64,000 nt of DNA from Candidatus Bathyarchaeia archaeon (GTDB lineage Archaea > Thermoproteota > Bathyarchaeia > Bathyarchaeales > Bathycorpusculaceae). Under the pieces are notes generated by a model, which was not told the DNA's origin, made no database searches, and saw only the letters and a program-made list of their open reading frames with translations. Of this stretch, positions 49,628 through 60,396 are shown one piece after another (position 1 is the stretch's first letter; the number at the start of each line of letters is the position of its first letter). Location of the stretch: assembly GCA_049516875.1 (NCBI GenBank), contig JBEKSS010000009.1, positions 1 through 64,000 on the forward strand, in the 5' to 3' direction. A program made the position numbers and the translations under genes.

Positions 49628-51649
49628 TTGCGTGTAGGTGAGAATCAGGGTCCTTGTGAGTCTTGCGCACGGGCGAAGGCTGGGAGCGGGAGGAAGGGGC
49701 GGAAGAAGTGCGTCTCGTCTGGCGTTGGCTCGTGTGGGGAGGTTGGGGCTGAGCGGAGGCATTATGAGGAGAGGCTTTCCGCTTTGAATTCTTGCGGTTG
49801 GAGGTTGAGTGCGGCCAAGAGGCTGGATGAGGTTTATGAGTTGACGTTGGATGCTATGGAGCGTACTCTGGGTTTCGAGCATGCTTCTTTTGTGACGGTG
49901 GACGGTGACAGGCTCAGGTTTGTTTCTCAGCGCGGGTACACTACACGTCTCGGTTATGAGTTGCCTCTGGACGGGACGAAAGGTGGAATAACGGTGAGGG
50001 CGGTGCAGATGCGCAAGTCCGTCCTCGTGCCCGACGTCACGAAGGACAAGGCTTATCACAGAGGTAATCCTGCGGCGCCGCCAGCGCGTTCGGAGCTCGT
50101 GGTTCCCGTCATTGCTGAAGGCGAAGTGCTGGGTGTTCTGAACGTGGAGAGTGAAGAGCTGAACAGGTTTGACGAGGAGGATGTGATGCTGCTTGAGATT
50201 CTGGCTTCGCACGCCGCGACGGCTATCAACAATCTGAAGCGGCGGGATGATATTCAGAAGCGCATTGATCAGCAGGCGTCCTTGATGAAGAGCTCTGCTG
50301 AGATGATTCACTCGGTTGATTTGCATCAGCGTCTTCAGGCGATTCTGGATGCTATCAGAGGCTTGGGGTGGGGAAGAGTTGTGCTTTCGCTGACGGATGA
50401 AAACTTTGACATGGCGAAGCCCGAAGACATCGTGGGCTCAGGCTTGACGGAAGAGGAGAGGCTTTACCTGTGGAAACACCGGAAACCCGGCAGTGCCTGG
50501 AAGGAACGTTTTGGGCCGCAGTTTGAACGTTTCAAAATCGGCGAGTTCTACTATCTGCCTTGGAGCAACAGTTTTGTCAGGGAAAGGTTCAGCCACGGCG
50601 TCGTACTGAGCCATTTGTCACAGGAGCAGATGTTGGATTGGGACCCGAACGATCTGCTTTTGGCTCCGCTGCGACTGGCTGACGGGCGAAATGTGGGCAT
50701 AGTAAGCATCGACGACCCGGCGGACGGGAAAAGGCCAACCAAAGAGTCGTTGGCGGCGTTGGAACTGTTCTTGTATCAGGCTGCGGTGGCCATAGAAAAC
50801 GGTAGGCTTATTCAGCAGCTCAACCAAGCAAAGGACCAGATTCAAGGGTACGCGGAACAGCTTGAGGTGAAAGTGAAAGATAGGACCAGAGAGCTGGTTG
50901 AGGCTCAAAACCAGCTGCTGAAGGCGCAGAGACTTGCTGCCATAGGTGAGCTGGCGGGAATGGTTGGGCATGACCTGCGAAACCCGTTAACGGGCATAGC
51001 AGGGGCTGCGTACTATTTGAAGACAAAACTGGGCCAGAAGTTGGACAAAAGAGAAAGAGAGATGCTTGAGACCGTCGAAAAGGCTATCGGGTACTCGAAC
51101 AAGATCATCAACGACCTCCTCGAGTACTCAAGAGAGATAAGGCTGGAACTGTCAGAAGCAGAGCCGAAATCGCTTTTGAAAGAGGCGTTGTCACTGATTG
51201 AGGTTCCACAGAAGATTCACGTGCTGAACCGGACCCGAGGGGACCCACGGGTCAAGGTTGACAAGGAAAAGATCCGAAGAGTGTTCGTGAACCTAATCAA
51301 AAACGCGTTCGACGCTATGCCCGACGGCGGAAAACTGACGGTGAAAAGCGAGAAAGACGGGGAAAACGTTGCATTCACCTTTTCTGACACGGGCACAGGC
51401 ATGTCGAAAGAGGTAATGACCAAGCTCTGGTCACCGCTTTTCACAACAAAGGCAAGAGGCATGGGTTTCGGGCTGTCAATCTGCAAACGCATAGTGGAGG
51501 CGCATGCAGGCAAAATCTCAGTGGAAAGTGTTGCGGGCAAAGGCTCCACTATCACGGTGACTCTTCCAACAGAACCGAAAACTTTAGACGAGCAACAAAC
51601 AGTCTGGGTGAACATGCCAGAACGTCTGCAATCCACAGTAAGAACATAA
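49628..51649 (+). CDS. GAF-domain sensor histidine kinase (start uncertain)
   Basis: Two GAF regions (RSELVVPV..GVLNVES), H-box VGHDLRNPL, N-box NLIKNAFDAM, DTGTGM, FTTK..GMGFGL. Confidence 0.93.
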   Translation: MRVGENQGPCESCARAKAGSGRKGRKKCVSSGVGSCGEVGAERRHYEERLSALNSCGWRLSAAKRLDEVYELTLDAMERTLGFEHASFVTVDGDRLRFVSQRGYTTRLGYELPLDGTKGGITVRAVQMRKSVLVPDVTKDKAYHRGNPAAPPARSELVVPVIAEGEVLGVLNVESEELNRFDEEDVMLLEILASHAATAINNLKRRDDIQKRIDQQASLMKSSAEMIHSVDLHQRLQAILDAIRGLGWGRVVLSLTDENFDMAKPEDIVGSGLTEEERLYLWKHRKPGSAWKERFGPQFERFKIGEFYYLPWSNSFVRERFSHGVVLSHLSQEQMLDWDPNDLLLAPLRLADGRNVGIVSIDDPADGKRPTKESLAALELFLYQAAVAIENGRLIQQLNQAKDQIQGYAEQLEVKVKDRTRELVEAQNQLLKAQRLAAIGELAGMVGHDLRNPLTGIAGAAYYLKTKLGQKLDKREREMLETVEKAIGYSNKIINDLLEYSREIRLELSEAEPKSLLKEALSLIEVPQKIHVLNRTRGDPRVKVDKEKIRRVFVNLIKNAFDAMPDGGKLTVKSEKDGENVAFTFSDTGTGMSKEVMTKLWSPLFTTKARGMGFGLSICKRIVEAHAGKISVESVAGKGSTITVTLPTEPKTLDEQQTVWVNMPERLQSTVRT

Positions 51650-51954
51650 GAAAAGCATAGCAGTAATCGTTTACAAGGTGGCTTGTCCCTCTGGCTTTGC
51701 TTAGTCTGTGGACGATGATGTGGCTCAGGATGCGAGGGCATCTTTCTGGAGAGCGCGACTCAAGCCTACTACGGTTGAAAAAAGGGAATTTGGGAGCACA
51801 CATGCCATTGAAGGTTCTGTGGTTTTCAGCATGTGTGTGCGCAGATGCCTACCCGCCGGGTTCGATGTATGATCCAGATATGATTTGACAAAAAGGCGCA
51901 GGTCCCCGTGGAGGATTGGCTGGGTGGAATGCTTCGCGGTAATAGGGCAAGGTC

Positions 51955-52965
51955 TTAACAGCTGGGTTTTGTGTTTGTTCTTACTATGTCGTTCAGCACT
52001 GCGTAGGCTGTCTGTTTTGGGCCTAGGAACTGTGCTGAGACGAAGATTTCTTTCGAGGTTTTGAAAGTGTATTTTATGGCCATGTTTCCTTGGTTCACTG
52101 TGGCCAATGCGTCGTCTAGGGGGATAGTTTTTGGGGAAACGTTCATCTCAAGTTTGTCTTTGTTTCTTGTGATTTCGCAGATGAGTTTGACTTTTTTGTT
52201 CTCTTTGCGTGCTTCTTTCATGGTTGTTTCGACGTGTCTGATTCCTTCGATTTTGACGTCCTTGAGCCTTGCATCCTCTCCGAAAAGCGCGTTCGCCATA
52301 ATCACCAGTTTTCTTGCCGCGTCTACTCCGTCGACATCGTCAGAATAGTTTGTCTCAGCCCATCCTGCCTTTACTGCTTCGTCGATGGCTTCTTGGAAGC
52401 CTTTGCCTTTCTCCATCTCTCCGATGACGAAGTTTGTCGTGGCGTTGAGTATTCCCCTGACGCTTTGAAGCTCATCGGCTTTGAAACACGATTCTAATAG
52501 ACAGAACACTGGAACGTGCGCGCCGACCGTTGCTTCGTAAGACAGCTTGACACCGTTTTCCTTAGCTATCCTCATGAGCTCCTTGTAAGCAACAACTAGC
52601 GGGCCTTTGTTTGACGTGACAACATTCTTCTTCGCGGCCAACGCGACCCTTATGTTTGAAAGCCCAGGCTCGCCACTCGACGTGGACGGTGTCAACTCTA
52701 CTATCGTGTCGCTTTCAATTCTTCTTATAGCATCTAACGCGCTGCAGCCTTCCACGTATTTTCCAAAGCCTTTCCAGCCGAGCATTTTATACTTGAGAAC
52801 TTCGGATGGGCCGAGACCTCTTTTGTCGACGGCAGTTCCTTTTGAATCAGAAATAGAAACTATACGCGGGTCGAATCCCTGTAATTTTAGCAGTTTCTTC
52901 TTTTCGTCAATGAGCTGGATTAGGTTTTGTCCCACGTGACCTAGGCCTATTAGTTGAATCCTCAT
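51955..52965 (-). CDS. hom: Homoserine dehydrogenase
   Basis: IGLGHVG, VVTSNKGP, YEATVG, GILNATTN, DVDGVDAARK. Confidence 0.9.
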   Translation of the reverse strand: MRIQLIGLGHVGQNLIQLIDEKKKLLKLQGFDPRIVSISDSKGTAVDKRGLGPSEVLKYKMLGWKGFGKYVEGCSALDAIRRIESDTIVELTPSTSSGEPGLSNIRVALAAKKNVVTSNKGPLVVAYKELMRIAKENGVKLSYEATVGAHVPVFCLLESCFKADELQSVRGILNATTNFVIGEMEKGKGFQEAIDEAVKAGWAETNYSDDVDGVDAARKLVIMANALFGEDARLKDVKIEGIRHVETTMKEARKENKKVKLICEITRNKDKLEMNVSPKTIPLDDALATVNQGNMAIKYTFKTSKEIFVSAQFLGPKQTAYAVLNDIVRTNTKPSC

Positions 52966-53114
52966 GCAGGCACCATTGTTTCTGTACATATTTTAGGTTT
53001 GGCAAAAAAGCCAGCAAATTCCTTGGGCAAGTGCTGCTATCGTCTCGAATACCGTGAGGTAGAAGGGAAATAACAATAAGAAGCTGGGCTGAATAGTCCA
53101 GTGCGGGGATAAGA

Positions 53115-53456
53115 TTGGAGCAAAATAGGGAGCAAACGGGTGTTGCAAAGGCACAGACTTCAAGGTTGGTTGATTTGGCAGACTATCAAGAAGGTTCTGT
53201 GGTAAGTCGAACGATAATTGATAGAAAAACTGGAACCGTGACCTTTTTCGCTTTTGATGAGGGACAGGGACTGAGTGAACATACGGCGCCGTATGATGCC
53301 TTGGTTTACCTTCTTGATGGAGAAGCAGAGATTGTCATCTCAGGTAGGGCAATGCGTGTGAAAATGGGCGAAATGGTTGTCATTCCAGCCAAGAAGCCAC
53401 ATGCTCTGAGGGCAGTGAAGAAATTCAAAATGATGTTGACGATGATTCGATCTTGA
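53115..53456 (+). CDS. Cupin domain protein
   Basis: VVSRTII, FAFDEGQGLSEHTAP, P...PHAL. Confidence 0.9.
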   Translation: MEQNREQTGVAKAQTSRLVDLADYQEGSVVSRTIIDRKTGTVTFFAFDEGQGLSEHTAPYDALVYLLDGEAEIVISGRAMRVKMGEMVVIPAKKPHALRAVKKFKMMLTMIRS

Positions 53457-53547
53457 TGCGTCTGTTTGAGCATGGATCAGTATACGCGTGCGTTTTGAGT
53501 TCAGAAAAGTCTGATTTTGCCGAGACATTATTGAAACAAGATGAACC

Positions 53548-54251
53548 ATGAAAAGCGAAGCTGAACCTATCAATTGTCCTTTTTGCGGTGCTCCTTACAC
53601 AGACGTTATCGCAGCCGATGTTGTTCAGGTGAAATGCAAGTATTGTGGAGGAATGTTTCAGGTTCCCCAAACCATCGGAGCCGAGCTTTCCAGATGTCTC
53701 AACCATCCTGAGAAAGTTGCTGTTGGAATATGCAATAACTGTGGGCAAAGCTTCTGCGGGAGCTGTCTTCATGCCCATCGCCTTGCAACGCGCGATACGA
53801 GTGCTACCTTGTATTCGTGTCCAGACTGTCTCAAAGCCATGCACGACAAGAAGGTTCAAGGGTACATCTACGCTGGAGCTCTCACGTTGCTCATGGGCGC
53901 GCTCTTTACAATTGTCGTGCCCGTGCCCGGAGTGATACTCTTGGTGTTTGGGCTCGTTTCGATATTCTACGGTTTCTCAGGCAAGTCGGGAGCAATTGAA
54001 GGGAAGACGATTGACGAGTTGAAGGCTGAGCAGGAGAAAAGGAAGGCTGAGGCTGCTGAGTACGATGGGGTTGACTTTGAGGCGATGTATGACGAGCTCG
54101 TGACCAGATACGTGAAGCATTGGGAGCATCGGAAGGGCTTCAGGTTCTTGATGAAGAAATCAATGCCTATGTGAGACATGGGCAGAGTTTTCCCGAGGCC
54201 GTTATAGCAGTCTACCGAAGGCAGGAAAAAAGTCGGCGCGCGCCTGCCTAA
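53548..54251 (+). CDS. Zinc-finger (zinc ribbon plus B-box-like) membrane protein, frameshifted near 54123
   Basis: CPFCG..CKYCG, CLNHPE..CNNCG..FCGSC..CPDC, 2 TM; continues ..GASEGLQVLDEEINAY.. in another frame to TAA 54251. Confidence 0.7.
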
Positions 54252-54403
54252 CCACATGATTGGACGCTATGCTCGCTAGAACACAAAATGTTCACACCAA
54301 TGCAGGTTGTTTACTCTCCTAGGATTAAGTATATTATTACTTTCGCATAATAGTCACTACTGCTTCAATGCCGCAAATGTGAAAACTAAGTCGAGAGACG
54401 TGA

Positions 54404-55192
54404 ATGAACATGCTGTATGCACTCCCAGAACAGCCCCCTATGAAGAGGCGAAGAACCTACACGGTCCTGCTGATTGTTTTGTTGGATTCTTTACTGGTTC
54501 TTGCCCTGATTTTCTTCTTTCCACTTCTCACGCGGTCTGCGAATCGACGCTTGACAAGCTTCGACTGGGCGGGCTACTGTGTCGCCTCAGACTTGAATAG
54601 TCCGCAACCTTCAGTCACAAAGATCAACGCGTCCTGGACAGTTCCCACAGTCAACATTCTAACGGGAGGCTCCTTCTCCGCAGCGTGGATTGGTGTGGGT
54701 GGACAATTCGACGATACGCTGATCCAGGCAGGAACCGAACAGGATTCAACAAATGGGCGAGGAACATACTCGGCTTGGTATGAACTGTTGCCTAACACAG
54801 CAGTGTCGATCGATTCACTGAGTGTATCGCCAGGAGACAACATCACTGCTTCAATATCGGTCTTAGACCTGACCACGAACACGTGGTCGATAGAAATTCA
54901 CGATGTCACGAAGGTTCAATCGTTCCAGAAGAGTGTCACTTACGTTTCCTCAATGCTTTCTGCTGATTGGATTGTAGAGCGACCGACGGTAAACAATCGT
55001 GTCAGAACTCTAGCTGACTTTGGCGAAATAACATTTGTAGGTTGCACAGCAACCATAGGCGGCAGAGTTGGAACCGTCGGCAGCTTTCCTTCTATCCAAG
55101 TCACGATGTATGACCGCCAAAACACAGAACTGGTGAGTATCTCGGCCCTTGCTTCCACGGGCTCGTCATTCACAGTCAACTACGCAAGCTAG
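54404..55192 (+). CDS. Peptidase G1 (glutamic endopeptidase) family, membrane-anchored
   Basis: WAGY, SWTVP, AWIGVGG, LIQAGTEQ (catalytic Q), AWYELLP, ADWIVERP (catalytic E). Confidence 0.88.
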   Translation: MNMLYALPEQPPMKRRRTYTVLLIVLLDSLLVLALIFFFPLLTRSANRRLTSFDWAGYCVASDLNSPQPSVTKINASWTVPTVNILTGGSFSAAWIGVGGQFDDTLIQAGTEQDSTNGRGTYSAWYELLPNTAVSIDSLSVSPGDNITASISVLDLTTNTWSIEIHDVTKVQSFQKSVTYVSSMLSADWIVERPTVNNRVRTLADFGEITFVGCTATIGGRVGTVGSFPSIQVTMYDRQNTELVSISALASTGSSFTVNYAS

Positions 55193-55413
55193 CAGATGAC
55201 TCGTAGAATCTCTCGCGATGCTGTGGGGGCGTTGCGCGCGCTAATCATCTTTCCTTCTTAACATTCACTGATTAGAGTATACATTAAAGAATCCATAACA
55301 CAAGAGGACGATGGAGAGGACGCGACGAGACTTTTTCGGGTTTGCAAGACTTAAATAGCGTTACGTAGTCCATGTTTGACTGAGTATGTGTGACTGGTTG
55401 ACTCTGGTGCGGA

Positions 55414-56397
55414 GTGCCAGGGATGAACAAGATGGAAGTTTTGGTTTCTTTTGATTTGCCGAGCGTTTATATAGAGAAGATTAGGGGTGTTTCGTCAAGC
55501 ATTGAGGTCGTGCAGAGTGAAGACAAGGAAGAGGCTTTGCGTCTCGTCGAGGATGCAGACATACTGTTTGCTGGTTTCTTCTCGAAAGAGCTGTTTCTTG
55601 CCTCGAGGAAACTGAAGTGGATCCAAGCGTGGGGTGCTGGCGTCGATAGGTTTCTTTTTCCGGAAGTGGTGAAGAGTGGGGTGATAGTGACGAACGCTGG
55701 GGGTGTCCATCCTACGCCGGTTTCGGAGCACGTCGTGGGGGTGATGCTCTGCCTCTGCCGAAAGCTGCACCTCTTCATCAGGAATCAGGCAGAGAGAAAA
55801 TGGGAAAGGTACGAATCATGGATATCCACGGAACAGGTTGAGGAGTTATCAGGCAAGACCGTAGGGATATTGGGGCTGGGCAGAATCGGAGCAGAAATAG
55901 CGCAGAAGGCGAGATGCCTTGGAACGAGAGTGATCGCAACAAAACGGGATACTTCTCGTAGGGCATCAGCGAGTGTTGATCGGCTGGTCCGTCCGGCTGA
56001 TCTGAACGAGCTGCTCGCCGAATCGGACTTCGTTGTTCTCTCGCTACCATTGACCAAGGAGACGCAGGGAATGATTGGGGAAGCACAGTTGAGGAGCATG
56101 AAACGGACCGGCTACCTCATCAACGTGAGCAGGGGAGGAATCGTGCAGGAAAACAAGCTCATCGAAGCGCTGAAGCAGGGATGGATCGCTGGGGCGGGCT
56201 TGGACACGTTTGAGAACGAGCCGTTGCCTGGAGACAGCGAGCTCTGGGGCTTCAAGAACGTGATAATCACTCCCCACGTCGCTGGCCTAACGCCGTACTA
56301 CATGGAACGTTTGACAAACATATTCTGCGAAAACCTACACCGATTCATCCGTAAACAACCTCTGATGAACGTCGTAGACAAAACTCTGGGATACTGA
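55414..56397 (+). CDS. D-isomer-specific 2-hydroxyacid dehydrogenase
   Basis: GAGVD, GILGLGRIG, INVSRG, AGLDTFENEPL, ITPHVAG. Confidence 0.95.
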   Translation: MPGMNKMEVLVSFDLPSVYIEKIRGVSSSIEVVQSEDKEEALRLVEDADILFAGFFSKELFLASRKLKWIQAWGAGVDRFLFPEVVKSGVIVTNAGGVHPTPVSEHVVGVMLCLCRKLHLFIRNQAERKWERYESWISTEQVEELSGKTVGILGLGRIGAEIAQKARCLGTRVIATKRDTSRRASASVDRLVRPADLNELLAESDFVVLSLPLTKETQGMIGEAQLRSMKRTGYLINVSRGGIVQENKLIEALKQGWIAGAGLDTFENEPLPGDSELWGFKNVIITPHVAGLTPYYMERLTNIFCENLHRFIRKQPLMNVVDKTLGY

Positions 56398-56601
56398 AAC
56401 GGACAGTGCACTCGGTTTTGGGCACGACACGACGGATCGCGGGCCAATCAGCATTGTGTTATTGCCTTTCGGGCGACATAGCGTACGCGAGTCTGACGTT
56501 TTGCGCCCATGAACATTGGAGGGTAAGAACTTTTGTCTAGAAAAAGGTTTCATAAAGGTTAACTATCCAGACGATGCAGAGTTGAGGACCAGAGGATAGT
56601 A

Positions 56602-59600
56602 TTGAGAAGCAAGCCCCTCCAACGCATAGTTGTTAGTCTAGTTTTGATAGTCGTTATGATGCTGGCATCCACCGCGGCGTGGACGTCAGTGAGCCCTGAT
56701 GATAGTGCTATCGGATTAGCGCGCGCGATCGAACAGCGACTGCCCAGAATATTCTATCTACAGAATTTTGAGAACGAAACGGCGGGCAATCCTGCTGACA
56801 ATTGGACAGTGTTCCCACCTGGCGCAGGAAGTGTCATCGTCAACGGTAGCACCATTGATGGGGATATGGGCAATTATGCGAAGTTCGTTGACAACTCAAC
56901 CATAGACTCGGTGGTTGCTTCGCGCAGCTTCACCCAGCAGAATGGCACGATTATGTTCAGTTTCTCTGTTAGCCTCCCATACACTACGGGCGTCCACACT
57001 GGCCTTGAAGTAAGCGTTGATGATGGAGGCTTCAACGGTTCGAACATCGTCTTCAAGGACGGGGCAATATGGTACTATGACGGAAACAAAGGGCTCGTTG
57101 CTCTGAGATCTTACTACGTTGCCAACCGATGGTACAGAATCAAATTCATTATGAACATACCTGCCAACGTCTACAACATCCACATCGACGATCACCTAGA
57201 ATGGACAGGCGCAGAGTTTAATGGATCTTGCAGCCAGATTCATAGAATAGCTGTCACCGAGTTCTCTCCCTCCGACGCCCCAGGTTCACTGTTGCCAATA
57301 GGGTTCATTGACGACGTAGAAGGAAGGCAAGGCATCATTATTCCGGTTGATTTTCCAACGATCCAGGCGGGAGTAGACGCGGCCAGTCCAGGAGACCTTG
57401 TGTACGTTACGTCTCAGAGAATCTACTTCGAAAGCGTCTACATACCAATGGAGAAGAGCGGCATATGGCTTGTCGGGCAAGATGCCAGCACGACGATTAT
57501 CAATGGAAGGTTTGCAGAGACGAATCCCTACAGGATAGCGTTGGATGGCTGTTCAGATGTCGTCGTGTGCGGCTTCACGATGAATTGCTCGAATGAAAAC
57601 GGCACACAAGTCATCCTGTGGTACAGCTCGGGCAACGTCATCACTCATAACATAATAATCAACGGTCTTGGCGACGGAATATATATTCGTGGTTCGAACT
57701 CGGACATAACTGACAACGTGATTCAGTCAAACCAGGTTGGCATCAGCCTGGATTCGGGCAAAGACAACTTGGTGATGAACAACACGATAATGGGAAACAT
57801 GGTGGGTCTCCAGTGCGGAGAAGAAGCTGTCAACAATCTGATTTACGCGAATCGATTTGTTGCCAACAATCAGCAGGCGCTCGATTACGGGACATCAAAC
57901 GCGTGGGATGATGGTTACCCGTACACGTCCACGCCGGATAGCATTGCGGGAGGAGGAAACTATTGGAGTGACTTCAGTAACTGTACCGACGTGTATTCGG
58001 GCAAGTATCAGGATGAGGAGGCCAACTGTTGCTGGCCTTCGCCAGATGGCATATGTGATCAACCGTACAATATAAACGTCAACAGCGTTGACCATTACCC
58101 GCTGTTCCTGATACAAAATGTAACCCAGGTCCCGAAACTTAACCGCGCCAATTGTGCCCTTGGGGTGTTCGACAAAAGCGTCCAATACACAGATAACGTT
58201 ATCGTGACGGCAACAACACTCAGGTTCGTCAATATTTCCAAAGCAACCGTTTACGTGGACTATACCTACGCGGGTGTGACCACTCACCGGAGCATCTCAA
58301 TGACAGTGTCTGGTAACATTTTGACTGGTACGATACCGCACCAGCCCTATAATACAACGGTCAGATACAACGTCAGTGTGGTTGCGTCCGGGGTCGACTG
58401 GAGGGGTTCAAGTAGCAACTTGAGCCTGAACTCAACCAACTACCCGATTCCATTTCCCTATCTCGTGGACGACATGACGCCACCTGATTTCCCCAAGATT
58501 CCGCCTTTCACAATAACGGGAGGTGATGAGAATCAAACGTATACTGTAACAACAACGGTGACAGAACCATCGGACGCGAGCGGTGTAGACAAGGTTTACG
58601 CGTCTTACCAGGTCAACTTCACTTGGTGGACGGCTGAAATGACGAAGGATGGCGACGACACGTACACGGCGGTGATTCCCCGGCAGTGGGGAGGTACTAC
58701 GTTGAATATCAAGGTGACCGCTGTCGATAAGGCGGGCATCCCAGGTGCGCCTACACCTAGTAACAGTTCCACGTATGTGAAGAGACTTGCTCAACTCAAA
58801 GTGAACTCCACTGACCCTATCCCTTACGACCCTTGTGATGTCGATCTCGGCTTACTGTCGGGGGATCAGACGTACACGGGTGGCTTCAACATCACTAACA
58901 TTGTCCAGCCGAATGATGACGTGCTCCTTTGGAACATAGTAACAGTTGAAGGAGGATCTTGGTTGCGCCCTCTTTCTATCACGCACGGCACCTTGACTGG
59001 TGGTCAAACTATTCACGTGGTCGTGACTGTTGACACCACCAACTGCTCAGATCCGGGTCTTTATGTTGCCAAGCTCTCTGTAAATGCAAACGGGACGGTG
59101 CCTCAGTGGGCTGTGATCTTGACCTTTACGGTGAGAGACATAATAATCGACATCTCATGGGCATCTTCTGAATGGCCGAACCGAGTCAACGTCGACTCAA
59201 CCCAATATGTAGCTTTTCACGCAGAGTGGGCCATCAACTGTGTAGACGCCACAGACGGCGCCTTGAAGATTTTTGGGAACGACACTTATGAACCAGTAAA
59301 CACTACGGGCTGGGCCACGTTCTCTGTGAGCTCTTCATCGCCAGCAAATATAACTTTCGGAGTTGAGAAGGTTGTATTTGGCAACGTAACGTCGTTTTGG
59401 CAAACGGCGCTAAATCGGACCATAGCGTGGGATCGTGTACAGGTTGTTCTCACAATGGACAACAACTATGTGAACGTTGACTCCCCCGCCGACATATCAT
59501 GGGGCGGCAGCTATTATGAGCTTGACCAAACTCCGTTCAACGCGAGCACGGGCTATGTCTTCTTCAACGACAGTTTAACCCGTGACCACGTTGACGAAGC

Positions 59601-60273
59601 ATGGATAAGCACGTCTTCAATCGTTGACTACAGTTATCCTAACGTAACAGCCTATGAGAGCAACAGCGTCGACGTTATCTGGGACGAGATAGAGATAATC
59701 GCAGGAGGAGTATCGCGCTCACAAACCCCCGTGGGGCAACCAGAGTCAGTGTGGTTCATAGGAATTTACGAATTAGAAAACAAAGTGTTCAAAGGCGCGA
59801 ACGGCATGTTGTTTGTGAATGATGGTGCCAGTGATTCGGCCTTGAACTGGTCAGGCGACACGGAGATATGGCGAAAGGATGATTTGAACTATTCGACACC
59901 AGGAACGAGAATCTTCCACGTTTCGAAGGTGTTTGACAACGTACACAACCTGACCAAGATTAAAGATAACGTTGGACCGTTGAACATAACGTGGGGCGAG
60001 CCGGCACCGAGACCATGGTGGGAGGCTTGGTGGCCGACAAGTGAGGACGTTACAACGACAGAACAACCCGTTCAGACCGTGCAGCCGGTTCAAACACAAG
60101 CTGCCAACGCATACGCTACTTGGGCTGTAGTTATAGTAGTGGTAGTCGCGATGGGCTTAGTCCTCATGCTGTTGATACTCATGAGTTCTGGGAAGAAGTC
60201 CAAGTCAAAGAATGGCAAGAAGAGAGCTGTCCTGCCAACCTACAGCATCAACACGCCCAGTTCGAAACGCTGA
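56602..60273 (+). CDS. Large surface protein with lectin-like domain, NosD-type beta-helix, Ig-like domains and C-terminal TM
   Basis: Signal peptide; DFPTIQAGVDAA.PGD, IYANRFVAN, GGNYWSD, DGICDQPY..DHYPL; C-terminal TM and Lys-rich tail. Confidence 0.88.
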   Translation: MRSKPLQRIVVSLVLIVVMMLASTAAWTSVSPDDSAIGLARAIEQRLPRIFYLQNFENETAGNPADNWTVFPPGAGSVIVNGSTIDGDMGNYAKFVDNSTIDSVVASRSFTQQNGTIMFSFSVSLPYTTGVHTGLEVSVDDGGFNGSNIVFKDGAIWYYDGNKGLVALRSYYVANRWYRIKFIMNIPANVYNIHIDDHLEWTGAEFNGSCSQIHRIAVTEFSPSDAPGSLLPIGFIDDVEGRQGIIIPVDFPTIQAGVDAASPGDLVYVTSQRIYFESVYIPMEKSGIWLVGQDASTTIINGRFAETNPYRIALDGCSDVVVCGFTMNCSNENGTQVILWYSSGNVITHNIIINGLGDGIYIRGSNSDITDNVIQSNQVGISLDSGKDNLVMNNTIMGNMVGLQCGEEAVNNLIYANRFVANNQQALDYGTSNAWDDGYPYTSTPDSIAGGGNYWSDFSNCTDVYSGKYQDEEANCCWPSPDGICDQPYNINVNSVDHYPLFLIQNVTQVPKLNRANCALGVFDKSVQYTDNVIVTATTLRFVNISKATVYVDYTYAGVTTHRSISMTVSGNILTGTIPHQPYNTTVRYNVSVVASGVDWRGSSSNLSLNSTNYPIPFPYLVDDMTPPDFPKIPPFTITGGDENQTYTVTTTVTEPSDASGVDKVYASYQVNFTWWTAEMTKDGDDTYTAVIPRQWGGTTLNIKVTAVDKAGIPGAPTPSNSSTYVKRLAQLKVNSTDPIPYDPCDVDLGLLSGDQTYTGGFNITNIVQPNDDVLLWNIVTVEGGSWLRPLSITHGTLTGGQTIHVVVTVDTTNCSDPGLYVAKLSVNANGTVPQWAVILTFTVRDIIIDISWASSEWPNRVNVDSTQYVAFHAEWAINCVDATDGALKIFGNDTYEPVNTTGWATFSVSSSSPANITFGVEKVVFGNVTSFWQTALNRTIAWDRVQVVLTMDNNYVNVDSPADISWGGSYYELDQTPFNASTGYVFFNDSLTRDHVDEAWISTSSIVDYSYPNVTAYESNSVDVIWDEIEIIAGGVSRSQTPVGQPESVWFIGIYELENKVFKGANGMLFVNDGASDSALNWSGDTEIWRKDDLNYSTPGTRIFHVSKVFDNVHNLTKIKDNVGPLNITWGEPAPRPWWEAWWPTSEDVTTTEQPVQTVQPVQTQAANAYATWAVVIVVVVAMGLVLMLLILMSSGKKSKSKNGKKRAVLPTYSINTPSSKR

Positions 60274-60396
60274 TGCGGTATCATAACGTGCACGTTGGCA
60301 CGCCGTTGAGTATGACGATTGGAGTCTTGAATGCATGATGGAGGATGATGGTGCAGAAAAATGAAGGAAGAGGGATACTCAGAGCGGTGTTTTAGG

